A DNA stretch of 64,000 nucleotides from positions 10,501,950-10,565,949 of the forward strand of contig NC_134026.1 of the NCBI RefSeq assembly GCF_964204645.1, given 5' to 3'. The position numbers were made by a program, and so were the translations under genes. Of the stretch, positions 1-13,475 are shown one piece after another. Source of the stretch: Tubulanus polymorphus (Eukaryota > Animalia > Nemertea). Under the pieces are notes generated by a model. The model made no database searches and was not told the origin of the DNA. It was given only the letters and a program-made list of their open reading frames with translations. The stretch's first letter is position 1, and each line of letters opens with the position of its first letter.

Positions 1-2023
1 ATAATTTGAGACGGGAAAATGAGAATGTGAAGAAATTTGATGTGAATTATGTGATATCAATATTTCGGGACACAGCAAAGAGAGACCATGAATATGTACG
101 TGCTGTTTGTCAATGTCTACTGTTTAAAATCAAGTGAAAAGATTGGATGTTAGCATGTATAGTACTCACAGTTCCAAACACTCAGCACAGGAATGTATAA
201 CAGATAACTATTTACATACATGTAACGATGCTTGCTCTCAGTCATGTACCTTGAAAGATCGACCTTGTGGAAAATCATGGATATGTCATTGTTGTCATAG
301 AAAATTACTGTCAGTACCTTGTGAAGCTGCTGTAGATAACTTGCAATTAGAAAGTATTCCCGATACGCTAACGCAACTGAATTCGCTAGAAGTTCATCTC
401 GTTTCAATTAACATACCATTCATTAAAATGATAGCTTTACCAAAGCAAGGTTAGCATGGATCTCATGGGCCAGTCGTATGTGTACCGAGCAATGTAAAAA
501 ACAACAGACATATTACCTCGAAATTCTTCTGATGATCAAATGATGAAGGTCAAATTGAAACGAAAAGTTACATTCAAAGGACATTACAAGTATCAATCTG
601 TTGAGAAGAAAAAGATTATGGATGCGTTTTGTACATTGAAATCAATTAATCCACATTATCGTGATGTGAAATTAAACTATGAGTGGAATAACCCACTTGA
701 AGAAGTCACTGAAGTATCTGAGAGTGAATCACTAGAAGATTAGATATTAGATTGAAACAATTATACAGAAACAATTGAAACTGAAGAACTGCCTGATCTT
801 GCCAACAATTCCACAGCACAAGGACAAAATGATTTCAACTGCCAGGAAGAAACGGATGCTGAAAATCTGCATGGAATGTACAAGAATTCCTGCCTGCAAC
901 CAATCAATATCGGCCAGGAAATTCTTGACGCACATTTCAATGACATTTTTTGAGTGGCTCCTGTTGAAGGTAATACAAATCATGATATTCGAGGACACAG
1001 GATTACTTTATCACGCTACTTACACACACGTTTAATGAATGCTGACCCCAGATTCTCCAGAAAAACATATTACATATTTCATGCACAGTTTATGTCTGAA
1101 ATCAACCAGGTCAACACAAATGTTTCAATTGCATTGCGAAAAGGAGTGAAAGGTGGGAAGAAAAAATTGAATATTGACTTGAATACTTTGAAAAACATTG
1201 AAAATATGAACGAATTGTTGAAACATAATGATGGTTATAAGTTTTTGAAACCTATCAGAGGAACACCTCCGTTTTGGGAAGCTGCTCAAAAAGACTTCCT
1301 GGCTATGGTTAGACAATTAGGTGTGCCAACATTCTTTGTGTCATTCTCTGCAGCTGAAATGAGATGGGAGGACCATTTAAAGGCTATAATGCGAGTTGAT
1401 GCTTGTGAAAAGCCAGTGAGAGACATGTCATGTGGTATATTGAGACGAAATCCAGTAACTGCAGCCAGGATGTTTGATCAAAGATTTCGTACGTTCCTCA
1501 ACACTGTTATCAAGTCCCCTGCAAAACCTATTGGTGAAATACAGGACTACTTTTATCGGGTAGAATTCCAGATGCACGGCAGCCCACATGTACATGCTCT
1601 GATATGGGGTAAAGATGCACCTAATGCAGGAATCGATGATGACGCTGATGTCACTGAGTTTGTAGATAGATACATAACCTGCAGATTGCCTGAAGAATCA
1701 GAAGATCCTGAACTGCATGAGGTTGTCACCAGTGTCCAAATGCATAGTAAAAGACATTCTAAAACATGTCATAAAAGAGGTTCAATTTCCCCAGAAATCC
1801 ATCCCTACAAACATTTCTAACTCATATGAAATATGAAGCCCCTCCAACAAGTGATGAACCAAATGAAGAAATTCAGCAAATACAACATGATGCAGCTATG
1901 AATGCAATGAGCCCAGCTAGAACAAAAGAGATACTTGGAACTGTGCATAAAATAGTGAATACAGAGGGAACTGAGTTAACAACAACAGAATCATTATTCA
2001 GATCAATAGGGCTCGCCAGTTAA
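1..2023 (+). pseudogene. Helitron (probably Helentron/Helitron2-type) Rep protein, decayed N-terminal/HUH part; helicase part absent
   Basis: ORF 954-1820 has Helitron_like_N motifs FFVSFSAAEMRW, RNPVTAARMFDQRF and HUH motif YRVEFQMHGSPHVHALIW; upstream DUF6570-like segment (LVSINIPFIKMIALPK..GPVVCVP) broken by stops/frameshifts. Confidence 0.9.
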
Positions 2024-2066
2024 CATGACTCATGATAGATGGCGTGCCCATTTGATGAGGTAAACA

Positions 2067-3529
2067 ATGGCTGCACCCAGTGACAGCAGCATGTATGGAA
2101 AATGTACTATTTCTCGGTTAAAAGAGGAATTAGGTAGAAAAGGAGCGGCTACAAAAGGGAGAAAGGCAGATCTGATAGAGAGGTATTACATAACTTACGG
2201 TATCTTGGCCGATTGTTTATGAGAGGCGCAGTGGCCGAGTGGTTTAAGCCAACGGTCACTGGTCTCGTCAATCCAGGGTTTATGGGTTCAAACCCTGTTT
2301 CTTGGTCGAAGGTTCTTCTCTGGTCTCTCCCCATTGGGGAAAAAGAAACATCGAACCCGCTTAGTGGCGCTTAGCGGGTCGAGGGTGTTAGAGAAAAAAA
2401 ATGTTTATACTAAAGCTATAAATCCCGTTAATTAATGTACTACTAATCCATTTTGTACTGATGTAAATCCATGAAATTTCCTGGATATGGATGCTGTTTT
2501 GTTTTTAAGCATTGTTGAGATGGCAGCAATGCCGGTAAAATCATGATCGTCCCTGTTCCGGGGTCCGGTCTCTTGCCAATGTGAACTCGGCATAGATGAA
2601 AAATAAATACTTCCTATTGATAATATCTCTCAGTAAATAAATATTCAATATAGGCCTAAATAAACTATACAGACTATACACAGCTCATAGAGCTGTGATC
2701 ATATACAATCTAATAAGAGATATCTGTTAACATCTTCAGTTTGGAGCATGAATCACTAAGTTAGATGTTTATTTATTTCAGATTGGAGGCTTATGATAGG
2801 AATTTTGATTTCCAGCCAACACCAGTTCTGCTACCAACGAATGTAATTTCTGAATGGCCTTCATCGGGATTTAAGCAAATGAATTTAGCCCACAAAACAG
2901 ATATTCCTTCTATTTTGGAAGAACATATCAAAGGTTATTTTCATTTTCGCCTTACTAGTGATAAAGAAATGTCTGCTGACTTAAAGGGTCTCGAGAAAGG
3001 TCACCTTCTTTTAGAATCTGACAGGATTGATGCATGTAGTTTCCAAACAATGAATGATTTGACATTTTGCACTGGAATAGTTAGAGCTGCAATGAAGAAA
3101 AAGGTAGATAAATATAACTCAAGTAAATAATCAAAGAATTAGATAGATAACTAAATTTAAGTAATATCTAAAAAATTCAATTATGAAAAAAGTATCAAGT
3201 AGCCTATAAATTTTAAGAAATTCCTGAATAATTTTTGTTCATTTATTCACTCTGTGGACTTTTATTTTAAGGTATCCTACAACTTCAGACTTAGTATGAA
3301 GACTGAACCCGCAGAAATTGTAAACAGTGATTGTGAGTGCCCAGCAGGGAAAGGTCCCCATGCAACCTGCAAGCATATAGCGACAGTGTTATTGATGCTG
3401 GTTAGATTTAAGGAGTCTGGTGAGATGAAAGTTGGAAAAACCTGTACGGATACTCTTCAAACATTCCACCAACCCAACAAGAGGCCCATGGGCCTTGAAG
3501 CATCGGTAGATTATACTGTGGTATTTTAA
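2067..3529 (+). pseudogene. Spliced SAP-SWIM protein, N-terminal part of an ISL2EU/KolobokE-type accessory (YqaJ) gene, 3' truncated
   Basis: Exon 2067-2182 = MAAPSDSSMYGKCTISRLKEELGRKGAATKGRKADLIER (SAP); GT-AG introns; exon 2782-~3102; exon from ~3272 with SWIM CECPAGKGPHATCKH and CTDTLQTFH; same architecture and first-intron phase as the gene at 11260. Confidence 0.75.
2221..2401 (+). mobile_element. tRNA-derived SINE in intron
   Basis: Box A GTGGCCGAGTGG (2231-2242), box B GGTTCAAACCC (~2285), A-rich tail, flanking direct repeat TGTTTAT (2214-2220 / 2402-2408). Confidence 0.75.
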
Positions 3530-3956
3530 GTGGTTATAATGTTTTACATCTTCTATGACGATGTTGATTGGGAGGACCACAGACTTAAAGGTCTATTTGT
3601 CTAGTACGATTTTATTCCTGAAAATGAATTTATTTTCTGCCGAACGATTTAGCCTTGGCTATTTGTACTGTTAAACCTCATTAATGCGATTCTGTTAAAG
3701 ACAAAACTAGTTTATTCTGATGTTTTCCATCATGTCCCAGCCAAGATATTTATATCAATCAAGATTTGGATACAAAAACCCATTTTTACGCATGAACTGT
3801 TAGGCCCCACTGAATAATGAAAACAAAAACAGAACGATTTTTCTGAATGCAATTGCAAGACCCTCTGATCTTAGAGCTCCAAGCTCTGATGCATGTACGC
3901 ATGCAAAACGTCGCAGAGAGCGATGCCGGCGTTGGTGTCACTGAGGCTGGCGGATG

Positions 3957-4180
3957 ATTGTTTGTTTGTCTTTTTGTTTGTTTGGCTTTATGTACGTCGT
4001 TTGGATCTTGGTTTCCCAAGACTATTCCTATTGGATTGTTCATTTAACCTCACGACGGTACGGCCTTTGAAGTGTTGCCCGCACACTGTTCGCAGCCAGC
4101 AGGACTCGAACCCACTTGTAACTCAGCATTGATAGTGGATTCAACAGCATCACGCCTTATCTCACTGAGCTACCGAGGCC
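3957..4180 (-). mobile_element. tRNA-derived SINE with (CAAA)n tail
   Basis: Minus strand begins GGCCTCGGTAGCTCAGTGAG (box A), contains GGGTTCGAGTCC (box B), and ends in AAACAAACAAAAAGACAAACAAAC; A-B spacing too long for a plain tRNA. Confidence 0.7.
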
Positions 4181-4470
4181 GCTCGATTCAATTCCAAAAA
4201 ACTACAGCGGTGGCAAATAACCATCGCAATATTGCAATTTACAACAAACAACGCGTAAATTAAATTACTGTTGTTTAACGCATGGAAAAGATAATAAAAG
4301 GTATTTTTTCCCGGCGCGCATTACAAAGCGAATCTCTGCCGAGTGCGTAAGAGGGTGCTACCGCCTTATGAGTGCGCAGCAGGCGGGTAGGGCGTCCTAA
4401 AAAGAAAACTTATATTAGAATATAGCCAAATCGAATTTTACAATGTCAGTCAACTGATTGATAATACAAC

Positions 4471-5736
4471 ATGGTTGTTCTCGGCAATTTGAGATACCCC
4501 TTGATTGCTGATGCTATGAGCAGAAATAGATTTCAAAAAATTCAATCAACACTTCATTTTGTCGACAACATTGTGGTATTCGATGACGCCAAGAAGGAAG
4601 ACCGAGTGTGGAAACTGCGACCTTGGATCGATCAGGTTCGTAATAATTTCAAAAAAGTTAGTAATACTGAATTTCAATGTGTGGATGAAATCATGATTGC
4701 ATTCAAAGGGCGCTCATTCCTGCGGCAGTACATGCCAAAAAACCCAAAAAATGGGGTTTAAAGTTGTGGGGTAGATGTGATGCCAGTTGCTTTCTCCATG
4801 ATTTTAATATTTATCAGGGTAAAGGCACTGGCATCCAATCTACTGACACTGCAGATTGTGGTCTAGATGGCAACGTTGTCCTCCAGTTATGTAATGACCT
4901 AGATGATAGAGGATATAAGGTATTTGCAGATAACTTTTTTTCAAACTTCAACATGGCAATTGAGATGAAAAAGAGAGGATTCGACTATACGGGCACCATA
5001 AATTCTAACCGTACCCATCATGCCCCACTTGATTCTGATAAGCAGCTCAGTCAACAAGGTCGTGGATCATACAGCATGGTCACTGTTGAGAATGAAATTC
5101 TGGCTTTAGTCAAATGGAGGGATAACAAACCCGTAACCATTATTTCCACGCACCTTGCTGTTGAACCGCTTAGCAAAGTGCAAAAGTACAATAAAGCACG
5201 AAAAGAACATATCGAAGTCAGCAGACCTGTTGTTGTGAGTGAGTACAATAAAAACATGGGTGGCGTTGACATATTAGATATGATGTGTATGTACCCTGTA
5301 TAAACGCCAAGTCAAAGGCAAGAGGTGGTACATGTATATATTTTACCATACATAGACTATCTGTATCCTAAATGCATGGTTTCTGTACAAAAGGGACTGC
5401 CAACAAGGGACACCAGCAAAGAAAACACTGCCTTTGAAACTATTTCAGTTTGAAATCGCAGAGGTGTTTATAAGGAAAAGCAAACCAGCCAGCGGCAGAG
5501 GTAGGCCTAGCCTTTCTTCTCCTCCACCTCCCAAAAAAGGAGCCGCTGTAGCCGCGCCACCACTTGATGTAAGGTTGGATAAGTTTGACCATTGGCCATT
5601 GCCTCTTGAAAAAAGAGGTAGATGTAAATACTGCCCAAAAGGGTACACCCAATGGAAGTGTGGTAAATTTAATATCTCTCTGTGTCTGAGTGCTGGTGTT
5701 GAGCCCAGAAACTGCTTCACAGATTACCACAAGTAA
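4471..5736 (+). pseudogene. piggyBac transposase (DDE_Tnp_1_7), 5' truncated and frameshifted
   Basis: MSRNRFQKI..LHF, VDEIMIAFKGR, QYMPKNP, FADNFFS, YNKNMGGVDILD, C-terminal Cys-rich domain RCKYC..CGK..LC..CF..YH. Confidence 0.92.
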
Positions 5737-6065
5737 CATGGTATTGCTCGGAGCTGATGTGTACTGTTTTTATGACAGTGGTAGTAGCCAATATACTGTA
5801 ACTGAACTGGATTTGATTGTTGATACTGATTGTAATAGCTTATTTCTTTGCAAAATAAATAGAATTGACTTATTTCAATTCTCATATTTTTGTTAATTTT
5901 ATCCACTATTTCCCAATGTTGCAATGGTGCAACATTTAAAAAATGTAGGTCAAATGGGCCAAATGTCAAATTTGACTCTAGGGGTGGTTAACCTACTGGC
6001 TTGTAGGTCTACCAACCCACTGACATAATTTTCCTGCCTTTCAAAGAGAGCTTGGGATCCAGAGG

Positions 6066-6960
6066 ACAAACGCATCGATGCATATTGTTTTAAGGACACG
6101 AGCGGAGCAAAATTCCAGGATGGAAAAAAAGATCAAAGTGAAGGGACATCGCGCCAGAGAAGATGACAAAACTGGCATTCTGAATGTCTCAATTGTACAA
6201 TCGGCTAAGGTATGTAACAGTTTTTATTATTTTGTTTCTTCATAGTTTGTCAAATCGTATTTCTTAATCATGATCTAACATTCAAGCATCTTCTGGCTTG
6301 GCTTGGCTTGTTAGGTAAATTGCATCAAACAAATCATGCCAGGGCAAACAATTTGAAATTGATTGTCCCATTGCTTTCAAAACTTTCTCACTGCCCTTTC
6401 AGGTTTTCGTTGGGTCTCCTTTTCCCATCAATGATGATATTATGTTGGCTTTAACAAACCCTCCAGCCATTTCTATTTTTGAGACTCTGTCCAGTCCAAA
6501 AAAGAAAAGAGTCACCATCAAGGGAAAAGTTGAAAAAGTGAGTACTAGGACATAAATATTCTCATCTGTTTATCACTTTTCCTTCGTGCTCACGGGCCTG
6601 TTGTTCTATAGTAGGTTTAAATATCAACTGAAAGAAATGGCATTTACTGCCATATAAGTGACTTCAAGTGATATTTCTAATCCACTAGATTATCAACTAT
6701 CAATTTTTCGCCATTGTCTTTAGAGATCCTGATATTTTTGGCGTTTTTGCACAATCCCCAAAGTAATATATTATATGTGATAGGCATTTTTCTCATCTTC
6801 AGGTGTTCCAAAGTTCTGGAAAAAGGACAGATGTGTTTGTGTCCGACGGCACAAATGATATTGTAGCCAATTCTGGGAAGGGTCTACTACGCAATATGGA
6901 AGTGAGAATTTATAACAACTGCAGGGAGCTGGTGTCCATTGCAAGCGCCTCATGTGAGGT
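6066..6960 (+). pseudogene. Spliced gene fragment, tentatively OB-fold (RPA/SSB-like)
   Basis: GT-AG bounded exons ...-6209, 6403-6537 (45 codons, ends KKRVTIKGKVEK) and 6803- (VFQSSGKRTDVFVSDGTNDIV); beta-strand pattern VxIKGKV...DGT.I resembles RPA OB folds. Confidence 0.4.
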
Positions 6961-7394
6961 AATTATTAGGGTTATTCGTTACAATGTTTCAGGGCCTGGT
7001 TTTGTAGACTGGTATTATGGTAACATCTTTAACCTAGAAGGGCTTGAAATTGAATTCAGTTAGCCTCCCTGGACCCTGCTGGTAAAAGATAATTCCTGTC
7101 TATAAAAATAGCCCCTGTAATGTTTTCATTGCACCTCTTTCACCACCAACAATGTGCCTACACACATTTCTATTTGTTACTTCAAGGTAGAACAGTCTAA
7201 CTACAGAAACGGCATATTGACTGACATAGACGACGAGGACATGCAGTTCATCGTGGATGACAACATGTTTGAATTCATACCTGATATTTAGGAATTTGTT
7301 ATGGAATTACAATACCATCTTCCAGTTAATGTGGATATTACATTGGAAGTGACACAAAGGTAGTCGTTAATTAGAAATTTCCCTGGGAGGCACA

Positions 7395-7816
7395 TGTCAC
7401 CATGTGTCAACATCTGACCAAAATTATTGAATAACAGCCACTACAGCGCGTGTCTCCCTCAAATCATATTCATATTATTGATTTGTTCTAAATTTAGTAA
7501 CTTTGGCACTGACCAGAACAAATACAGCCTCTTTGGAAAGAATGAAGCCATCTGGCAGAGGAGAACAAAGGGGGCTGGAATCTGTATAAATAGGCTGGTC
7601 AGTACCAAAGTGGGAGACTCGAGACTCCTGAGTGAGAGCGAACACACACGACTCATCGGACAGAACACCCCAGAAGAATAAAGGAACCCAGATATACTCA
7701 ATCAACTGTTTTCGTTTCACTTACATAGTATTCCTGAGGAAGGAAACACAGAGTCGACCCCGAAGAGAACTACTAACTCGAACACGGAAGATAACAAACT
7801 CAATTAAAAGTCAACA
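7395..7816 (+). repeat. 5' LTR of Gypsy element (boundaries approximate)
   Basis: TGT...ACA termini, TATAAATA box ~7585, AATAAA ~7677, followed by PBS and gag. Confidence 0.6.
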
Positions 7817-7824
7817 TGTTTGAG

Positions 7825-7834
7825 TGGTGGAGAA
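7825..7834 (+). promoter_or_regulatory. Primer-binding site TGGTGGAGAA (tRNA-Ala-like)
   Basis: TGG-initiated motif just 3' of LTR; same 10-mer follows the other LTR at 48300. Confidence 0.55.
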
Positions 7835-7878
7835 CCCAGCTCAGTGTACGAAAGTTTGAACGGGAAATTTAAAAAACT

Positions 7879-9015
7879 ATGAATGTACCGATCTGTGTTT
7901 TGGGGAATGTCGTGGTTAGTCCAATGAGTCAGGAGGGTGGCACGGCTGTACCAGTTGTGCCCGCCCCAGCGAATGTAGACCCGACATACCTGCAGGCTAT
8001 GTTGCGAGGCATGCAGGTGCAACTTAACGCGATGGCGGATGGGTCCGACCGCATGGGTTTAATCCGGACATTTCGTTCAGTGGGGGAGCTACGGAAAGCT
8101 TTGACAGTTTTATGAGGGCTTTCAAGGCACGGGCCGATTTTGGTGGACGGTCGCAGAAAAAGCACTTTGCAGCGTTTCCCATGTATTTGAAATCCAGGGC
8201 GTTAGATTATTATTATGACATAACAGGGGCGGAGAAAAGTGAGTTTACAATGTTCGAATCTGTGGAAAGGGAATTTCGTTAGAAATTTCTTATCAAAGAA
8301 TTAACTTGGGTATTGGAGCAGGAGCTAATGGAGAGGAGAATGAGGGATACGGAATCCCTAGACTCTTATGACAATAGTGTCGTTGGGTCTGGCCTCTAGG
8401 TAAGATAAATCGGGGGACCAGGTTTTGTTGCCGTTTATACATGGGCTGTTACCATATATGAAATCTTTTGTTTTAAGTAAATCGCCCACTTCGCTGGATC
8501 AAGCTATTAATTTTGCCTGCTTGGCACAGGCCCTAAAGGGATTGCCGCCGGATCCATCATCCGTATTTTCTATAGGTTCGGCCAGTTATATTCCGTGTGC
8601 AAATCCACATAGCATGCTGGCGCAGGTGCATACTGATCCCCGGGATGCGCAAATACGGGTTCAACAGGAGATAAACTCTTTGCGCGAGTCCCTCCTAGAA
8701 ATCAAAGGGCAGCTTTCGCGCTCGAGCTCTCTGCCCATGAGGCCTCGCCAACAACGGCTGAGCGACGGTCGTCCGTACTGTGAAAACTGCCAGACAGCTG
8801 GCCATCTTACTTCGCGATGTTTTCGGAGGAACGGGGGGCGTTCAAATTTGGGTCCACGGGGGAGTGTGGAAACGCGATCTTGCCACAACTGTGGTAGAAT
8901 CGGTCATTTAGCTCGTGACTGCAGAGTCAGTCCAGAAGGATATTGGCAAATACAAACTCAGTTCCACATACTAGGTCAGGAAACTAGAAAGGTCTGCTAC
9001 CATAGAGGTCTATAG
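7879..9015 (+). pseudogene. gag: Gypsy gag with two CCHC zinc knuckles, frameshifted
   Basis: CENCQTAGHLTSRC and CHNCGRIGHLARDC; capsid-like FIHGLLPYMK..P.SLDQAI. Confidence 0.88.
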
Positions 9016-9631
9016 CAGACCCAGTTACGAAGCAAGCATTTATCAAATTCAAGAGATTCTGAGAATAAATGCCCATAAAGATCAAACTAGAAAATCAGAA
9101 TTGAATACTTATAAATACAATAGCATTGTCCCTCCGCAGTTAGTAAATGTTGACTCAGATTTAGAGAATAGAGTAAGTAATGAGAATAATGAATCAAATA
9201 CGGTTATTAAATCAATCGAGAATGTAGAGAAAGAGAAATATGAGGAATGTGGAAAGTCTGAGTCAGTTAAAATCGAGAGTGTCAATGAAGGAACAATAGA
9301 TTCAAAGTTAGCTAAAATTAGAACGGCATGTAGCAGCAATAACGAATATTTATGCAAGAAACTAAACGTTGAAAAGGATAGTCAGAATAACACGGGTATT
9401 CCAGATACCCTGGAAGGGAAAATTGAGACTTTAGATGACAAAGAAAAAAGAAAAAGGAATTAAAAGATGAAAGGTTAACAAAATCAAGGGCAATGTTGCA
9501 TTCGATGAATTTGAAGATAGTATGAATAGCTCGCGGGGAAATAGTACCTCGCAACAGATGAGCTCAGTTGATAGATATAGATCAGACAGATTGGCTGATC
9601 ACACATTAGACAGACAGAGTCAAAAGGGACA

Positions 9632-11138
9632 ATGGAAATATTAAACAGCGATGATGAAAGTCCGTTATTGTTAGCTTCGATAGCAAATACAATTCCAGGC
9701 AAAATAGAGGGTAAACACTTAAATATATTGATAGATAGTGGAGCGGTTATTTCATGTATGGACTCAGAATTTTTCCATTCATGTTTCATCACTCGAGGAA
9801 TAAAAATCCATGAGGCACCGCTCAAATCTGCAGTCTGCTAATGGTTCGGGCATGAAATTAGAAGGAATTGTTAAATTGCCAGTTCAGTTGGGAGATGAAA
9901 TAATTGAACATGACATTTATCTGGCAAATCCATTACAGCAGCAGTTAATTTTAGGGTTAGATTTCCTAAATGACCATGGTGCTCATTTAGATTTTCAAAA
10001 TGGGATTTTAACTTTAGACAATGGTCCTCCTATAGCATTACAGAAGCAAATAGGACTTGGTCACAGGGCGAAAGTGAGGGCACTTGAGTCCACAGTTATT
10101 TCCACTAGATCAGAATGTGTAATTCAAGGAAAATTGTCAGACCATATAATGGATCAAACATGCGTATTGTTGGAACCCTCAAGCTATGTAAAAGGGAGGT
10201 ATAATTTAAATATAGATGAATCGGTGGTTGAAGCTCGAAATAACCGGGTGCCTATTACAATATTTAATTTGTCAGATAGCCCCCGAAAGATACACAAATA
10301 CACTACATTAGGCTTTGTCTCAGAGAATTTTTGGGTAGTACCTGAATTGAATAAGTGCGAAAATCAAGGGGAACAAGCAGTTCAATCAATCGAAACAGAT
10401 GAAAATCCAAATGTTGATATGAGTGATTTGATTTTATCAGAAGAGGGCAGGAAAAAGATTAGGAAATTTTTGAAAGAACACCGAGAAGTATTTTCAAATA
10501 ATTCATCTGAATTATCTAGAGCGAACCTACCATGGAAACACATGATTCACACTGGGTCCAGTCCTCCTATAAAACAAAGGCCTTATCGCCCACCCATTGC
10601 TTTGAGGGAAGAAGATAAACTCGTTCAGGAATTATTTAGTCAAGGTATAAGCCGGGAGTCTTCATCAGAATGGGCTGCACCTTGTTTATTAGTTAAGAAA
10701 GCCCAGTCAAACCCAGACGGTACACCTGCGTATCATATAGCACAAGATTATCAGAAACTCAATGTGATCTCTAAAGTAGATAATTTTCCAGGCCAAAATA
10801 TCACCGAAATATTCACTAGTATAGGGAAGAAGAAAGCAAGGATATTTTCAACTGTAGATTTATTCTCCGGGTATTTCCAAATCCCTATGATGCGAATTCA
10901 ATTCACAAAACATCTTTTGTGACAACATCGGGTCAATGGGAATATTTGATGATGCCCCAGGGTCTGATGAATGATCCGGCTACATTCTGGAAAAACATTA
11001 CTCACTGTTTGAAAGGTCTTTTACACAAAATCTGCGAAGTATTTTTGGACGATATCATTATCTTCTCGGAAGATGAGGAGTCTCATTATAAGCACCTACA
11101 GTTAGTTTTCGAGCGGTTACGTCAGGCAAATTTGAAAT
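9632..11138 (+). pseudogene. pol: Gypsy pol, protease and RT 5' part
   Basis: Protease LIDSGA / ILGLDFL; RT PIKQRPYR, SEWAAPCLLVKK, DLFSGYFQI, MPQGL, VFLDDIIIFS; interrupted at 11138 by ISL2EU. Confidence 0.93.
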
Positions 11139-11259
11139 AGCACAGCGCACCTAACACATCATCAGCTCATGAATATTAATGAGCTGATTCAATGCAACCC
11201 GGAAGTCAGGCAAGCACTCGAGTGGCTGACTTCATTGTATTACAATTGAATAGAGAATA

Positions 11260-13335
11260 ATGCCCGATTTAACAATCATAACGCTTTCTGAAGAAGATGT
11301 ACCTGGAGCCAAATTAACTGGTGAATTTAGCCACTATGATATTTTACGTCTAAAGAGGTGGTTGGAATGTCGTGGCCTGAAAACAGGAGGGAAAAAAGCT
11401 GATCTCATTCAGCGGTAAGTATCTTCTTGTTTATGTTCTGTCTAAACACTGCTCTGTTTGTTCAAGCCATAGTTGGTTTAAAGAAGTGTGTTGCGATTAT
11501 TCATTTAACAGTATATCAGCTATGATTAAGTGATTTTCATTTTTGCTTAACTTTTGATATTGTTTAAGTTTTTTAGACCATAATTTCAATTCCATATAGG
11601 CCTAGACCTAACACTTAATCAACATAGAAACTATGAGGTATGCATTTTGATTTGTAGGCCCAGAAAAAGTTAGCGAATTGACTCAATTTATAGAATTCAA
11701 ACCTTGTATATTTTCAGGTGTAAAGAAGCAAGAGAATTTCAAAAACCAATTGATATTAAAATAGACAGAGGTAAATGGTATGAGGAAAAGCTGCAACAGC
11801 AGAGCACCACAAATCCAGCGGCTCAAACCATTCTACCAATCACTGGTTGGACTGACTTTAAGCCTGAATCTCTCTCTCAGCTATTCAACTATGGACATGT
11901 ATATCATTGGATAATAGAATCGATGTCGTCCCTACCCATAACGTGTGTAACCACCGGTGATGACAGTGCCACAGAGGAAATTCAAGATACAGATGATTCC
12001 TCAATGACACAAAAACAATTAAAGCGAGGCAGGCAGTATGTTAAATCGGGATTTGTTCATGACATTCTGGTAAAAACCTCAAATGACACTGTACATTTCA
12101 AAGCAAAGGTCGATGCATCAATGAAAAAAGATACATATAATGTAACAGCATCGCTTTCTAAAATAAGCGGGTCAATCAAAGATGCAAGTTGTCATTGCAA
12201 ATCATCGTCTCTATCTCGCTGTAGTCATATATCTGCTTTACTTTTATGCCTCAGCGATTTTGTAGGTTAGCAGTCACCAGCTTGTACATCAGTCCCTTGC
12301 CAATGGAAAAAAGGTGGTAAAAAGAAAGACCCCACTAGTATAAACAAAGCGACATATCATAGTTCAAAGGCAAACAATGAAATAATTAAATTCGACCCGA
12401 GGCCTGAAAATGACAAAACGATCAGTATGATTGCGAAAAACAATTTTCTAGGAGATTTATCTCTGCAAGAATCACCCAGCATGTGGCAGACTCTGCTGTC
12501 TTATCAATATGATGATTACCCGTTGACCAGTGAAAGAAAATCTATACTTTTAGATTGGAAAAATCTCGTTAAATCTAATCTTTCACCCACTGGACAGTTG
12601 TTTAGTAAAAATGCTGTGATGGTACCTAATACTGAAAATCAATCCACATGTGATGCTTGGTATTCCAATCGATATCTTAGGATGACTGCTTCTACTGCTA
12701 AAGAAAGATTCATGTTGTGGAAAGCAGTCAACCAGGATATTTCTAGTCGTGTTTTATTTCGCCTTCAAAATTACATCAAGAAAAATGTATGGGGCATTGA
12801 TAAAATCACGACTGCTTACATGCAAAGAGGTAATGACTTGGAGGATGAAGCTCGGCAGATGTATTCTAGCACCAATCCTAATTACATTGTCAGTAAAACT
12901 GGGCTCTGGGTCAATCGAGAATTTCCCCAACTATCCTGCAGCCCTGATGGCTTAGTGCACGTTCCACCATTGAATGAGTATGGTATACTAGAAATTAAAT
13001 GCCTAAAATTACTGGAAATGTATTCTGTTAGGGACCTGATAGCTGCCTATCAAGCAGACAAAAGTATAATTAGGTCTGCGTGTTTCAACATTTTTGGAGA
13101 GAAACTAGTCCTCAAACAAAGCCATCAGTATTACTATCAAGTGCAATATCAATTAGGTGTTACTGGGTTCAATTGGTGTGACTTTATATTATACTCAGAG
13201 AAAGGTGATCCTTCAGTTGAAAGAATCTATCCGAATAAAAGTTTGATCTCAGAGATGTTTACCTCAGACTTAAGATTTTGGGGGGCCGTCATTGCCCCTG
13301 AAATCTTTGAGATGCAGTATTCCACGAAACTTTAA
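11260..13335 (+). pseudogene. SAP-SWIM-YqaJ (lambda-exonuclease-like) protein of ISL2EU; one in-frame stop at 12268
   Basis: Exon 11260-11414 SAP (LKRWLECRGLKTGGKKADLIQR), exon from 11718; SWIM CHCKSSSLSRCSH; YqaJ motifs R.TAS, GNDLE, SPDG, EIKC, YYYQVQYQL. Confidence 0.88.
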
Positions 13336-13475
13336 ACCTTTTGTAATAGACAGTTGGATTTGAGATTCATTACAAATTCTTATATATTTTCAAATTATGA
13401 TCCATGTATAATACATTTAAATCATTTTTATAATACCGGTAAATTAGACAAAAATATAATTTGTCATACATTTAC

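Noticed and set aside
2221-2310. tRNA gene
   Set aside because: A/B boxes present but no clean cloverleaf; continues into a body, A-tail and TSD typical of a SINE (likewise 4095-4180)
12427-13335. Phage or viral exonuclease (prophage or endogenous virus)
   Set aside because: The YqaJ domain is part of a spliced gene inside a TIR/TSD-bounded ISL2EU element; no viral structural genes
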